Shown: in pieces, positions 7,300 to 17,093 of the stretch
Position numbering within the stretch: position 1 is the stretch's first letter
How the letters are laid out: the number at the start of each line of letters is the position of its first letter
NCBI RefSeq assembly: GCF_006345805.1
Contig: NW_021823930.1
Location: 1-20,570, forward strand
Source: Octopus sinensis
Lineage: Eukaryota
DNA: 20,570 nt
Direction: 5' to 3'
Translations under genes and position numbers: made by a program
Notes under the pieces: generated by a model
The model's input: the letters and a program-made list of their open reading frames with translations, nothing else
The model's database searches: none
What the model was told of the DNA's origin: nothing

Positions 7300-9605
7300 T
7301 TGATTGATTTTGATTGATTGATTCTAGTTTCAGCTTATGAGCTGTGGCCATGCTGGGGCACCGCCATTTGGTGTTGCTACTTGGTTTCACTTCATGGGGC
7401 TTCTAGCAACTGCTATTTTGGTGCATGAGAGAGTTCGATGCAGCTGCCCTCATCTGCCCCTCCTGCCGTGAAGTTGGTTCATCTGGGACACCTGACAGGA
7501 AGAGATCCAGCTTCATTTTAAAGACATCCTTTATCCACCCCATGCAGGTCTCTCAGTTCTTCGGGAGGATATTGAAGAGCTGTGGGCCTCGGAGCCAGGC
7601 TATCACAGTATCTTGTCCCTACATCTTGATGGCAGGTGTTGGAGTCCTAGGCACACGCAGTGGCGCCCAGTTCTGCTGGCATTTGCGTAACTCTCGATGC
7701 CAAAGTTCAGGACACTTCCCTCCAGGATCTTCCAGATGTATATTATGGCATATCTTTCCCGCCTACGCTCCAGGGAATATAATTTTAATCTCTTGAGTCT
7801 TTCCAGTAGCTTACATTCTGCATAGAGGCTATCTTCTTTGTGTAGCTTCGTTGGATCGCCTCAAGTTCTGTGATCAACTTGACACTGGATGGGTGACCAT
7901 AGCTGAGAGCAATAGTCAAAGTGGCTTAGGACAAGTGTCTTCCAGAGGACCATCATGGTTTCTTGTTCTCTGTTCTAAAGGTTCTAAGAATCCATCCAGC
8001 CAGCCGTCTACATTTCATTGTCAGTTTAGCAACATGTACATGAAAGGTCGCGTCATCACTCATGTGAATACCCAGGTCACGCACTGATTGTGCCTCTGGG
8101 ATTGCAATCCCTCCGGGTCCAGTGTAATTCATTGGGTATTGCATTCAGTTTTGCATGCTGAATAGTATAAAGCTTGAAACTTTCCAGCATTGAACTGCAT
8201 GCTATTCTTTTCAGCCCACTTGTATATTTCGTCCAGCTCCACATTGCAGGTGTTAGTGTCCTCAGGGTTCTGTATTGCCTGTGAAACTTTTGTATCATCT
8301 GCATAACTTGTGATCGTGGCTCTCTGCGTGGCTGAGGGCATGTCTGAGAGGGCCATTATGACAGTAGTGGTCCCAGAACAGTGCCCTGCGGAACACCGCT
8401 CATATTTGTGTGTTAATGGAGGTGGCCCCATTGGCTACTACCACCTGACTTCTATCCTTCAGAAAGTCATGAAGCCATTCTCCCAGTTTTCCAACTATGT
8501 TGAGATCACGCAGTTTGTGACATATCATTCCATGATCGACTTATCAAAGGCCTTTGCAAAGTCGAGATATATCACTTCCACATTTGAGTGGTTGAGCAGC
8601 CGTTTCAGCACCCAGTCATAGTGTTGTAGGAGCTGAGTTAAACAGCTTCTCCCTGGTCGGAAACCATGTTGGGTGTCGGGCAGCAAGTCATTCTCTTCAA
8701 GGAAGGTGATCAGCTTCCTTCTGACTATTCGTTCCATGACCTTGCTGATGTGTGAGGTCAGAGAGATAGGTCTATAGTTCTTGGCTTCCGCTCTGCTACC
8801 TACTTATGAATGGGGCATATTTTACCTTCCTTCAGTTTTCCTGGAAGTTTGCCAGCTGCAAGAAGCTCTGAAAGAGGAACTGCAGTGGTCTTGCTAGGAC
8901 TCTCTTACATGCTTTTAGGAGGATGCCGGGAATCCATCGGGGCCAGTAGCTGAGTCTGTTTTCATTTCATCTATAGCCTTGGTTACATCGTCTTCCTTTA
9001 TATCGATGTAATCTATCGTCGCCGCCTCTGATTTTATATCTGCATTTGTAAAAAAGTCAGTTGGATTGGTGATTTGGAGATGCCCAAGGGGTGGAGTGAA
9101 AACACTCTTGAATTGCTCATATCAGTATTTCACTTACCCTCATTGGTTTTCCTGTAAGTGTGCCATCCTTTTCGAGGAGTGGCCCTATTCTACAGTGCAC
9201 TGTAGCTGTTTCTTTGGCATACCTGTAGAAGCTCTGGGGTTATTTTATGTTTTCTATAGCCCAGGCTTCTTTGTCTGCTCTTCTTTTTCATGGGAGAGTT
9301 GCAGACATTTTTCGATTTCCAACAGTTTTATTTTTAGGCGGGACTTTTCACTGCTTTCAATCTGTTTGTTTAGGCGATTTGAAAATTTCGTACGCCGTCT
9401 CATTAAAATTTTCCTCTCTCTGGGGATTTTGTTCTTGTGTACAGTGGCCTTTCTCTCGGGACACATTTGTAGCATATGGCTTGCATTACAGACATGAATT
9501 GTTGAAGTTTCACGTCGATGTCTGGCGAGGAGAGACATTTAGGCCAGTTTTGTTTGAGGATCTCTTTTCAATTTGTTTCCAGTTTGCCTTATGGTAGTTC
9601 AAGCT
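7300..9605 (-). mobile_element. 5'-truncated, frameshifted CR1-group LINE (ORF2 linker + reverse transcriptase + C-terminus + 3' UTR + (AATC)n tail)
   Basis: Stitched minus-strand translation: NYHKANWKQ, ATGPDGFP, KICPIHK, QHGFRPGRSCLTQLL, VIYLDFAKAFDK, SGVPQGTVLGPLL (about 8383-8397 for GVPQG), SYADDTK (YADD 8294-8305), VRDLGIHMS, GWILRTFRT, YSLERRRERY, RGPQLFNILPK. Tail repeat at 7300-7323. The exact clade within the CR1/L2/Crack group cannot be resolved by eye. Confidence 0.92.
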
Positions 9606-9689
9606 ATATTAATTATGTTTATTTTTATGTTTTGGTTTATGTTTTTCATTGTTTGATTGCCTAATAGTGGTTTTTATATCTCTAATTTA

Positions 9690-9705
9690 ATTTATATATA
9701 TATAT

Positions 9706-9784
<79 letters not shown>

Positions 9785-9790
9785 GTATAA
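9690..9790. repeat. (TA)n/(ATGT)n microsatellite
   Basis: Direct inspection. Confidence 0.9.
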
Positions 9791-9875
9791 GGATGAAAAG
9801 GAACACACGAGTTGATATATATGAAAAAACAAGTCAAGATAGAAAATGCTCAAATAATTAATTTTATAAAGAACA

Positions 9876-9919
9876 TTTCAGTACCGGTTTCAGTCATTTG
9901 AGACCTTTTCAACTGTAAA
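9876..9919 (-). ncRNA. Minimal type I hammerhead ribozyme with U3:A8 compensated core
   Basis: Minus strand: UUU-A-CAG | UUGAAAA | GGUC-UCAAAU-GACU | GAAAC-CG-GUA | CUG-AAA. Stem III is the palindrome ACCGGU. Predicted cut between 9882 and 9881. Confidence 0.7.
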
Positions 9920-9991
9920 CGATTAAATAACTAAATTTAGAAAAATTAAAAGAAAATTTTTTTTTAAAACACTTTTCCTTAATTTTTTAAA

Positions 9992-10029
<38 letters not shown>

Positions 10030-10030
10030 G

Positions 10031-10178
10031 TAACGGGCCGCTTCCAGTTTTTGTCTACCAAATGCACTCGCAAGGCTTTGATCAGACTGAGTCTATAGTA
10101 GGAGACCCTACTACAGGCAGTGAGACTGAACACGGGACTATGGTGTTTGGACGCAAGTTTCTTACCACACGGACACAC
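10031..10178 (-). mobile_element. SINE family A, 5' half, diverged
   Basis: Reverse complement: GTGTGGTAAGAAACTTGCG...GTTCAGTCTCACTG...CTACTATAG...AAAGCCTTGCGAGTGCATTTGGTAGACAAAAACTGGAAG, then the (TA)n tract at 9996-10026. Confidence 0.8.
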
Positions 10179-10819
10179 CTTTACCTAAAGTATAAAAATA
10201 TCAAGCAATAAATGTAATCGATCATAACGTAAATTATGTGGAGAAATGAGAGAAATAAAGAGAAAGACTAGGAGAGAAAGACAGAGAGACAGGAAGAGAG
10301 AGAGAGGGGTGAGTCTGTGTGTGCGTGTGTATGTGTGGATCTGTAATTATATGTCTGTGTATGTGTGTCTGTGAATGTGTGCGTTCGTACGTGTATGTGT
10401 TTGTGTGTGTACATGCAAACGTTGGTTAGACACAGTTCGTAGATGAATGTTCGACTGAAAAATAGTTTTGTGAAACGAGGAGTTGACTTTGAAGAGAGGC
10501 AGAAAAAGAAGAAATAAAGAAGGAAAAACAAGGATATTATGTCGTTTTGGTGGGGAAATTTTGTTGAATGGTTGTTACCAAAAGCGTCTACATAAATCTT
10601 TGATGGAATGGGCCGAGAGAGAGAGAGAGAGAGAGAGAGAGGGTGAATGAAAGAGTGCGTAAGAATGAAAGAGAGTGTGGGAGGGGGGAGGTTTGGGATG
10701 TAGGATTAGTAAATTTTATCCTTTCGTGATTGATCGTTGGTATTTACATGTCAGACAGGCAGGAGATATCGTTTTGTCTTATTTCAGAAGGCGTTGTTAC
10801 AAGAGGAAAAAAAAGGTAT

Positions 10820-10847
10820 ATATATATATAGGTATGCATAATGTATG

Positions 10848-10892
<45 letters not shown>

Positions 10893-11270
10893 TTATGCAT
10901 GTATGTGTGTGCGCGCTCGCACGCGTATAATATACATACATGTATACAAATACAAGTGCATACATACCTACATATATATAGATATATATATATATATCCA
11001 TATATATATATATATATAGATGTATGTGTGCGTGCATACATACCTATGGGCCTGAAGACTGCAGTGGCATGAAACTTGAGTCGTGAGATCAAAATTCAGT
11101 TTATATAAACTACACACTCACATACAGATACATACATACATGCATCATATTATTTATTTATGTATATTAAATACATATATATATACATATATATATATAT
11201 ATTCATATGCATATATACTTACATATATGTACATACCTACATATATATGTATATATACATGCATATATTG
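10820..11270. repeat. Two compound (TA)/(TG)/(TACA) microsatellite blocks separated by a short unique island (11041-11105)
   Basis: Direct inspection. Confidence 0.9.
11050..11084 (+). ncRNA. Hammerhead ribozyme relic (intact core, eroded stems)
   Basis: GC | CUGAAGA | CUGC-AGUG-GCAU | GAAAC-UUGA-GUC | GU. The core nucleotides and GUC site are intact; the first stem II pair is a C-U mismatch and stem I has only 2 bp. Confidence 0.55.
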
Positions 11271-11738
11271 GTACAGGATATCAAAAGACGTGAACAGAAT
11301 GAGAAACGAGACATGCAACATAAAGAACATTCCCTTCATCAATTGTCCCCTGCTTTATCTACTCCCCTTTTTTTGCGAAAGCAAGGACGACATGCGACTT
11401 CCTTAAAATAATCCTTCCCGCAAAGCAAATTAAATCAAATTTGGGATCTTTTTGCGGAGGGTGAAAGTGGTAACAAAAACAGGACAGTGAGAACAAAACT
11501 GTAAAAACAAACGGCCAGGGCTGTTAAGTCAAGACGATGTGAAGTGCTGAACGTTGGAAAAACGAGCTTTGGGAAGAGACAGATAAAAGCACGTCTTGTC
11601 TTTGAGAGCATGGCCGTTAGTCACATCTGATCATCGGGATAAGTCAAGGAGGAAGAGTGAGAGAGAGTGGCGGGTGCATCTTTCTATCTGTCTATATATG
11701 CAAATTTACATCTATCTATCTGTCTACCTATCTATCTA

Positions 11739-11771
<33 letters not shown>

Positions 11772-12098
11772 AATATTATATAGATATATATATATATATA
11801 TATAGATATATCAACGAAAAAATCCATTGAGGTAGAGTCAGTAGATCTAGTGGTAATCCGGGTGGAGTGCTGGTATGTGGATGAGGAGAGGTACTGAAAT
11901 TTCGGGAAGAGGTTCAGATATGCAAGTCCAAAGAGTAGGAAGTTTAGTCAAGATCAAACTGGGGTAACCACGTGAGCGTATAATATAAGAGTTGAAATTT
12001 ACAGATAAACAGAAGACGAAGTGTATGAACAAAGAGCAAGTGTATTTTCCGTCTAAACTTTTTTTTTCATTCTCTCTCTATTTATTTTCTCGTATTCG

Positions 12099-12132
12099 TT
12101 TCTGTTGAAGAGCGCAGGCTCGAAACGTAAAA
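12099..12132 (+). ncRNA. Hammerhead-like variant motif
   Basis: UUU | CUGUUGA-A | GAGC-GCAG-GCUC | GAAAC-GUA | AAA. Perfect 4 bp stem II and a zero-loop palindromic stem III (ACGU). Deviations are A6>U and one extra A. Confidence 0.5.
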
Positions 12133-12235
12133 GACTTTTACATTTTTCCCAAGCGTCGAACTAATACACTCGCTTGTTGCTCATACACCTGTCTTCGTCT
12201 TTTGTTTTTCTGTAAATTTCAACTGTGTGTACGTA

Positions 12236-12271
12236 TATTCAGACGAAGACTTTCAGGCCGAAACGTCGAAG
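12236..12271 (+). ncRNA. Second, more degenerate hammerhead-like motif
   Basis: CAGACGA-A | GAC-UUUCAG-GCC | GAAAC-GUC | GAAG. Same spacing as 12099, but with U4>A and weak stems. Confidence 0.35.
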
Positions 12272-12393
12272 TCACTGTCACTACTTTTCTTGAAAGAGTA
12301 TAGTATCTATATACTCTAACAGAAGTATTGAGTTTAATGCAAAATTATATTTTGTTATACTTCGACATAAGCATGAATATATATGTTTGTGCA

Positions 12394-12426
<33 letters not shown>

Positions 12427-12549
12427 GTGTGTGTGTGTGAGTGTGTACATAACAAATTTGTCTTGTACCGTCGCGTATTTTGCTAGACACTCCATTCAAT
12501 TCCATTGAAACCATTAAATTAGGAGAGAAAACATTGATAAATGAAATCT

Positions 12550-12612
<63 letters not shown>

Positions 12613-12768
12613 ATATATCCTGGGAATGCACTCCGGCGTTGCCCGGGTGCTATGACCTACAACCACATTGTTCCTTTCTTATGGGCAGAATCAGCACACG
12701 AGGAGTATGACGCAAACAACTCTTCTTTATATAAATGTTTTTCGGTCATTTTCTGATCAACAACGTTG

Positions 12769-12904
12769 CAGTTTCCGTCTACTAAATTCAGTCGCAAGTC
12801 TGTGGTTGGCCTAGGGTTATAGTAGAAAACATTTGCCTAAGGAACCATGCAGAGAGACTGAATGTGGAAAGAAGTCTGGGAAGCAAACTTCTCAACCACA
12901 TAGT
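12769..12904 (-). mobile_element. SINE family A, 5' half, diverged
   Basis: Reverse complement: TATGTGGTTGAGAAGTTTGCTTCC...ATTCAGTCTC...CTTAGGCAAATGTTTTCTACTATAACCCTAGGCCAACC...TTTAGTAGACGGAAACTGC. Confidence 0.8.
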
Positions 12905-13929
12905 TATTTTGCATCTAGCGTGTGTGTGTGTTTACATTTTTGTTAAATCGAGTATTGTGTCCCACTAAGTCTCATAGTTAGCAGTTCATCAAGCAGAGAT
13001 CTATAAAATAAATGCCAGATTGAAAAACATACTCAGGTCAGTATGAGCAATTAAATTTTTGAATGCGAACCCCCATCATGGCGACAGTCGAAAGACTAAA
13101 CCCGGTTTAAAGACTGAATGGATTCAAATTCAAAGTAATGGATTACTAACCATAAGATAATGAGTTCAAACCTTCGTATTGAACTTCCACTTTCTACGAT
13201 AACACTATATGTACATCTCAGTCTGCTTGACCTCCAACAATTAACAATTGTAATTTGAAGTTGAATGGTTAACACAGTAAGAAAGATGTCCAGATTCCTT
13301 AAAAATGTATTGTGCAAAACATTCTGAAAAAAGTATTTTTTCACCACAACAATACACACGCACAGATACACACGAACACATACGCACACGCACACGCACA
13401 CACACACACCACACACACACACACACACACAACATACACATACACATAGTTGTTTCTCTATGGTAACATATCCCTCTAAAAACACACCCTTTCATCAAAA
13501 GAAAGACAGATTTACAGTATTTCAAGAAGAAAAAAATAATACGATGTGTCTGCTACATCAGAGGCAACTCTGGGCTAAACAAAACACAGACAAACATACT
13601 TCACATTAAAGGATTATCTACAAAATAATGCTAATAAAGTTGACGGTATATCTTTGAAGTTTCATTCCTTGGTAAAACTCCATGTATTTTAAGATTGTTC
13701 AGGCAGAGTTGCTTCCCTTAGCTAAAGACCTCAAAATTGTGCGACCCAACCTCGTTTTCGGGGTTATTTTTGTAGAAAAAAACGAGTTGTTATGCAAAAG
13801 ACATAGTTCATTCACTAGCCGAAAGATTACTTAATCTTTTGATACCTTATACGCCAAAATCGGCAACTCAGTTTTCGAATCCATAAGGAACATACGCGCA
13901 CACACACACACACTCTATTATATTGTGTG

Positions 13930-13974
<45 letters not shown>

Positions 13975-14410
13975 ATGAGCGTGTGTGTGTGTCTGTATGT
14001 GTGTATAGAGAACTGGTGAGCTGATGAGCTGATGAGTGCCACCAGATTAACTAAGCAAAGCGGAACGCTTGAGTGGAAGTGTCACAAAAAACTAAATGTC
14101 TATTGTTCCCACCAAGGCACAGATAGGTCATAGAAGCGCAGTAGAGCACGGTGTTGGTTCGAGGTGGGGGGGGCAAACAAATTGGTAGGATGTGATATGC
14201 AAGGGATCTGACAGCAGAAATTGTATGAGAATGTCTGTGTGTGTGTCTATTAATAAGTATGTACACAAGTATACGTATTTGTGTGTGTGAGAGAGATTGT
14301 ATATGTGTATTAATAAATATACATATATGTATGATTGTATGTATGTTTTTGAATGTATTCATATAGATAGATAGATACATACATACATACATATATACAT
14401 ACATACATAC

Positions 14411-15105
14411 AAATCATCCATGAAGAGGAGGGGGTTGATTGGTTGAGATTTTTTCCATTAGTTGGCACCCAGGTTCATTTTTTGCTGAGTACCAAGGTCA
14501 GGAGTATCATGCAGAGAACAAAAAGCAACGGGCATAGGCTGTCACCATGAAAAACCCCTCTTCTGATACCCAGGGTGCCCAAGTTTTTCCCGTAAGATGT
14601 CAGTTCAGTTTTCTATCCCACCATACTTCTCTTCAGGAAACACATTACATTCCTCGCAATGCCAAACAGATCTAAGCACTCAAGGATCTACGAATGTGGA
14701 ATCATATCATAAGCTTTGCGTTAGTCAATCCAGGCCATTCCCAAATTTTTTCGCCTTCGTTTACAATCTTGCATAACCATTTTGTCTACCACTAGTTGAT
14801 CTTTGGTACCTCTACATCTCCTTCTACAGCCTTTTTGTTCCGTCGGTAATATATCGTTCTCATCAAAAAAGTTGTACAGTTCTTCTGTAATTCCTCCTGA
14901 CACTATTTTCCGCATTAATGGGAGGCAGGAAATCGGTCTGTAATTCTCAGCAGCATTTCAGACAGAACACTATTCGTCCAATTTATGGCAACTATTGAAC
15001 TCTTTTTTTTATCCAAAATCCCTAAACACCCTCAGGTCCTGCTGCTTTCCAATTGCTTATCTTTTTACTCATATTTCTCATATTGTCTTCTGGTAAGTGC
15101 ATAGC
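14411..15105 (-). pseudogene. Decayed R4/Dong-clade reverse transcriptase core fragment
   Basis: Minus strand: [90 protein letters not shown], with stops and frameshifts. Confidence 0.9.
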
Positions 15106-15111
15106 CCCTTG

Positions 15112-15412
15112 CTGTGGATTAAAAGCTGTTGTGATCAATGAAGAGATTAGACGTGATACCAATAGTAATTGCTGCCCTTGGAAGTATCAGTACTCAACTG
15201 TCAACATGGCTGAAACGATTGGTGTAAGTGTGAAGGTAGAACAACTACAAATATCAGCATTGCTTGGAACTGCAAGAATTCTTTGCTGCAGGGTTCTTGA
15301 AGCATGACCAGTAAAACAAGTGTCACTTTAGTCTGCCGGCTGTGGACAGCTGACACTTCCCTTCATACCCAGCAAAATATGCTGTGAGTTTTCATCACAT
15401 AATAATAATAAT
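15112..15412 (+). mobile_element. R4/Dong-clade LINE 3' end (ORF C-terminus, 3' UTR, short (AAT)n tail)
   Basis: SMKRLDVIPIVIAALGSISTQLSTWL and EQLQISALLGTARIL...RVLEA* match the typical R4-clade terminus (VIPxVIGALG...LQKxALLGTARIL). Followed by about 90 nt of UTR and (AAT)4 at 15399-15412. Confidence 0.8.
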
Positions 15413-15851
15413 GCTCAATACCACAGATTTGCTTGTCAGTTGTTTGACTTTAACCAGTTGAGCATGTCCCTTAGTGGCTGACGATATGTGCATCTCTGAT
15501 CACGAGCAGAAGTAGTGGGGGAGCATCATAGCCATGTGTTGAGAGGGATTCTTTGGGGTTTGAATAATTCACCTTTGGAAACATGGGTGTTTCATTTAAC
15601 ATCCTTAAATAACCCTTATTCAAGGACCTTTTGAGTGGGATGGGTTACTCGACCTGAAGAAAATTCTAACTGGGCCCCACCTGCAAGGTCATGTGCTGTT
15701 TATTTTCATATGAGATCACCATGTCGCGCACATATGGTTGTGATGCATGTGCCTGGTGTACCCTTATCAGACGGGTAGTCATGATGGGTATATTGGGCTT
15801 CGTATATTTTACCCCAGTGTCACTTTGATGGCATGAACTGCTCTCTCACTC

Positions 15852-15892
<41 letters not shown>

Positions 15893-15904
15893 TAATAATA
15901 ATAA

Positions 15905-15906
<2 letters not shown>
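15413..15906 (+). mobile_element. Non-coding retroposon-like element flanked on both sides by (AAT)n
   Basis: About 440 nt of complex, GC-balanced sequence with no recognisable ORF, bounded by (AAT)4 on the left and a long (AAT)n on the right. The retroposon identity is inference. Confidence 0.5.

Positions 15907-15960
<54 letters not shown>
15852..15960. repeat. (AAT)n switching to (AGT)n
   Basis: Direct inspection. Confidence 0.97.
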
Positions 15961-16255
15961 TGTATATATAGAGAGATACTTATTAATGTTCATATGTATG
16001 TATGCTTGTATGCATACATGCGTGTGTGGGGGTATGTATGCATGTGTATGTAGGGGAGGTGTGTGTGTGTATGTGTGTATGTGTGTATGTAAGTGATTAA
16101 CGCAACTCAAAGAAATCATTGAAACACAAATAGGAAGGAAGGAGTGTTAAGCACTAAATGGTGCGTGGCGTTAAATGTGTATATACACACACACATATAC
16201 ACATGCACACACATACATACAAGCACACACACACATACATGCATACATACATACA

Positions 16256-16286
<31 letters not shown>

Positions 16287-16399
16287 GTATTACTAGCAAC
16301 CTACCTACTAGACGGCTGATTTAAACACACACACACACACACACACACATTTTTCCACACTTTCCTCTTTTGTGAGCGTCAGTTATCCAACTGACGGTT

Positions 16400-16519
16400 A
16401 TTGCTATTGTGGAGATTGTTGTTGTTGTTGTGTTGTTGTTGTTGTTGTGTTGTTGGTAACGTCGTCATCGTTGCCACAACTACTTCTCTTACTGTTGCAA
16501 TTGGTGGTAGTGGTGATGG

Positions 16520-16560
<41 letters not shown>

Positions 16561-16842
16561 ACGACCACGATGATGCTGCTGATGATGACGAAACAGTGAT
16601 GACACCATGATGATAATGCTAATGTTTATGACGATGATGATGATGATCATGATGATCATGATCATGATGATCATGATCATGATGATGATGATGATGATGA
16701 TCATGATGATGGTGGTGATGATGATGATGATTGTGATGATGATAATGATGAAGAGATGACACCATGATGATAATGCTCATGTTTATGACGATGATGATGA
16801 TAATGATGGTTGTGGCGGTGGTGATGATGATGGAGATGATGG

Positions 16843-16879
<37 letters not shown>

Positions 16880-16900
16880 AGTGAAAATGATAATGGAGAT
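16400..16900. repeat. Compound trinucleotide array (GTT)/(GCT)/(GAT)/(GATCAT)
   Basis: Direct inspection. Confidence 0.95.
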
Positions 16901-16993
16901 GATAATGTTTTATTTGTTGTATTTTGATTATGGTAAACGTTTCGCCCATCTTGATAATTCTTTTTTTCTTCATACTGTTCTTTATATGTTAAC

Positions 16994-17079
<86 letters not shown>

Positions 17080-17093
17080 CTGCTGCTGCTGCT
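16994..17093. repeat. (TAG)n switching to (CTG)n
   Basis: Direct inspection. Confidence 0.97.

Noticed and set aside
7425-9597. Plus-strand ORFs of 78-143 aa
   Set aside because: Antisense shadows of the decayed LINE ORF2.
11270-11406. Possible exon DIKRREQNEKRDMQHKEHSLHQLSPALSTPLFLRKQGRHATSLK*
   Set aside because: The AG lacks a polypyrimidine tract and the peptide is unrecognised, so support is insufficient.
14011-14047. Two CTGATGA heptamers inside a CTGGTG/CACCAG hairpin
   Set aside because: No GAAA core half; best explained as a short GAGCTGAT tandem duplication.
16579-16600. CTGATGA-TGAC-GAAAC
   Set aside because: Generated by the (GAT)n background, with no room for stem II.
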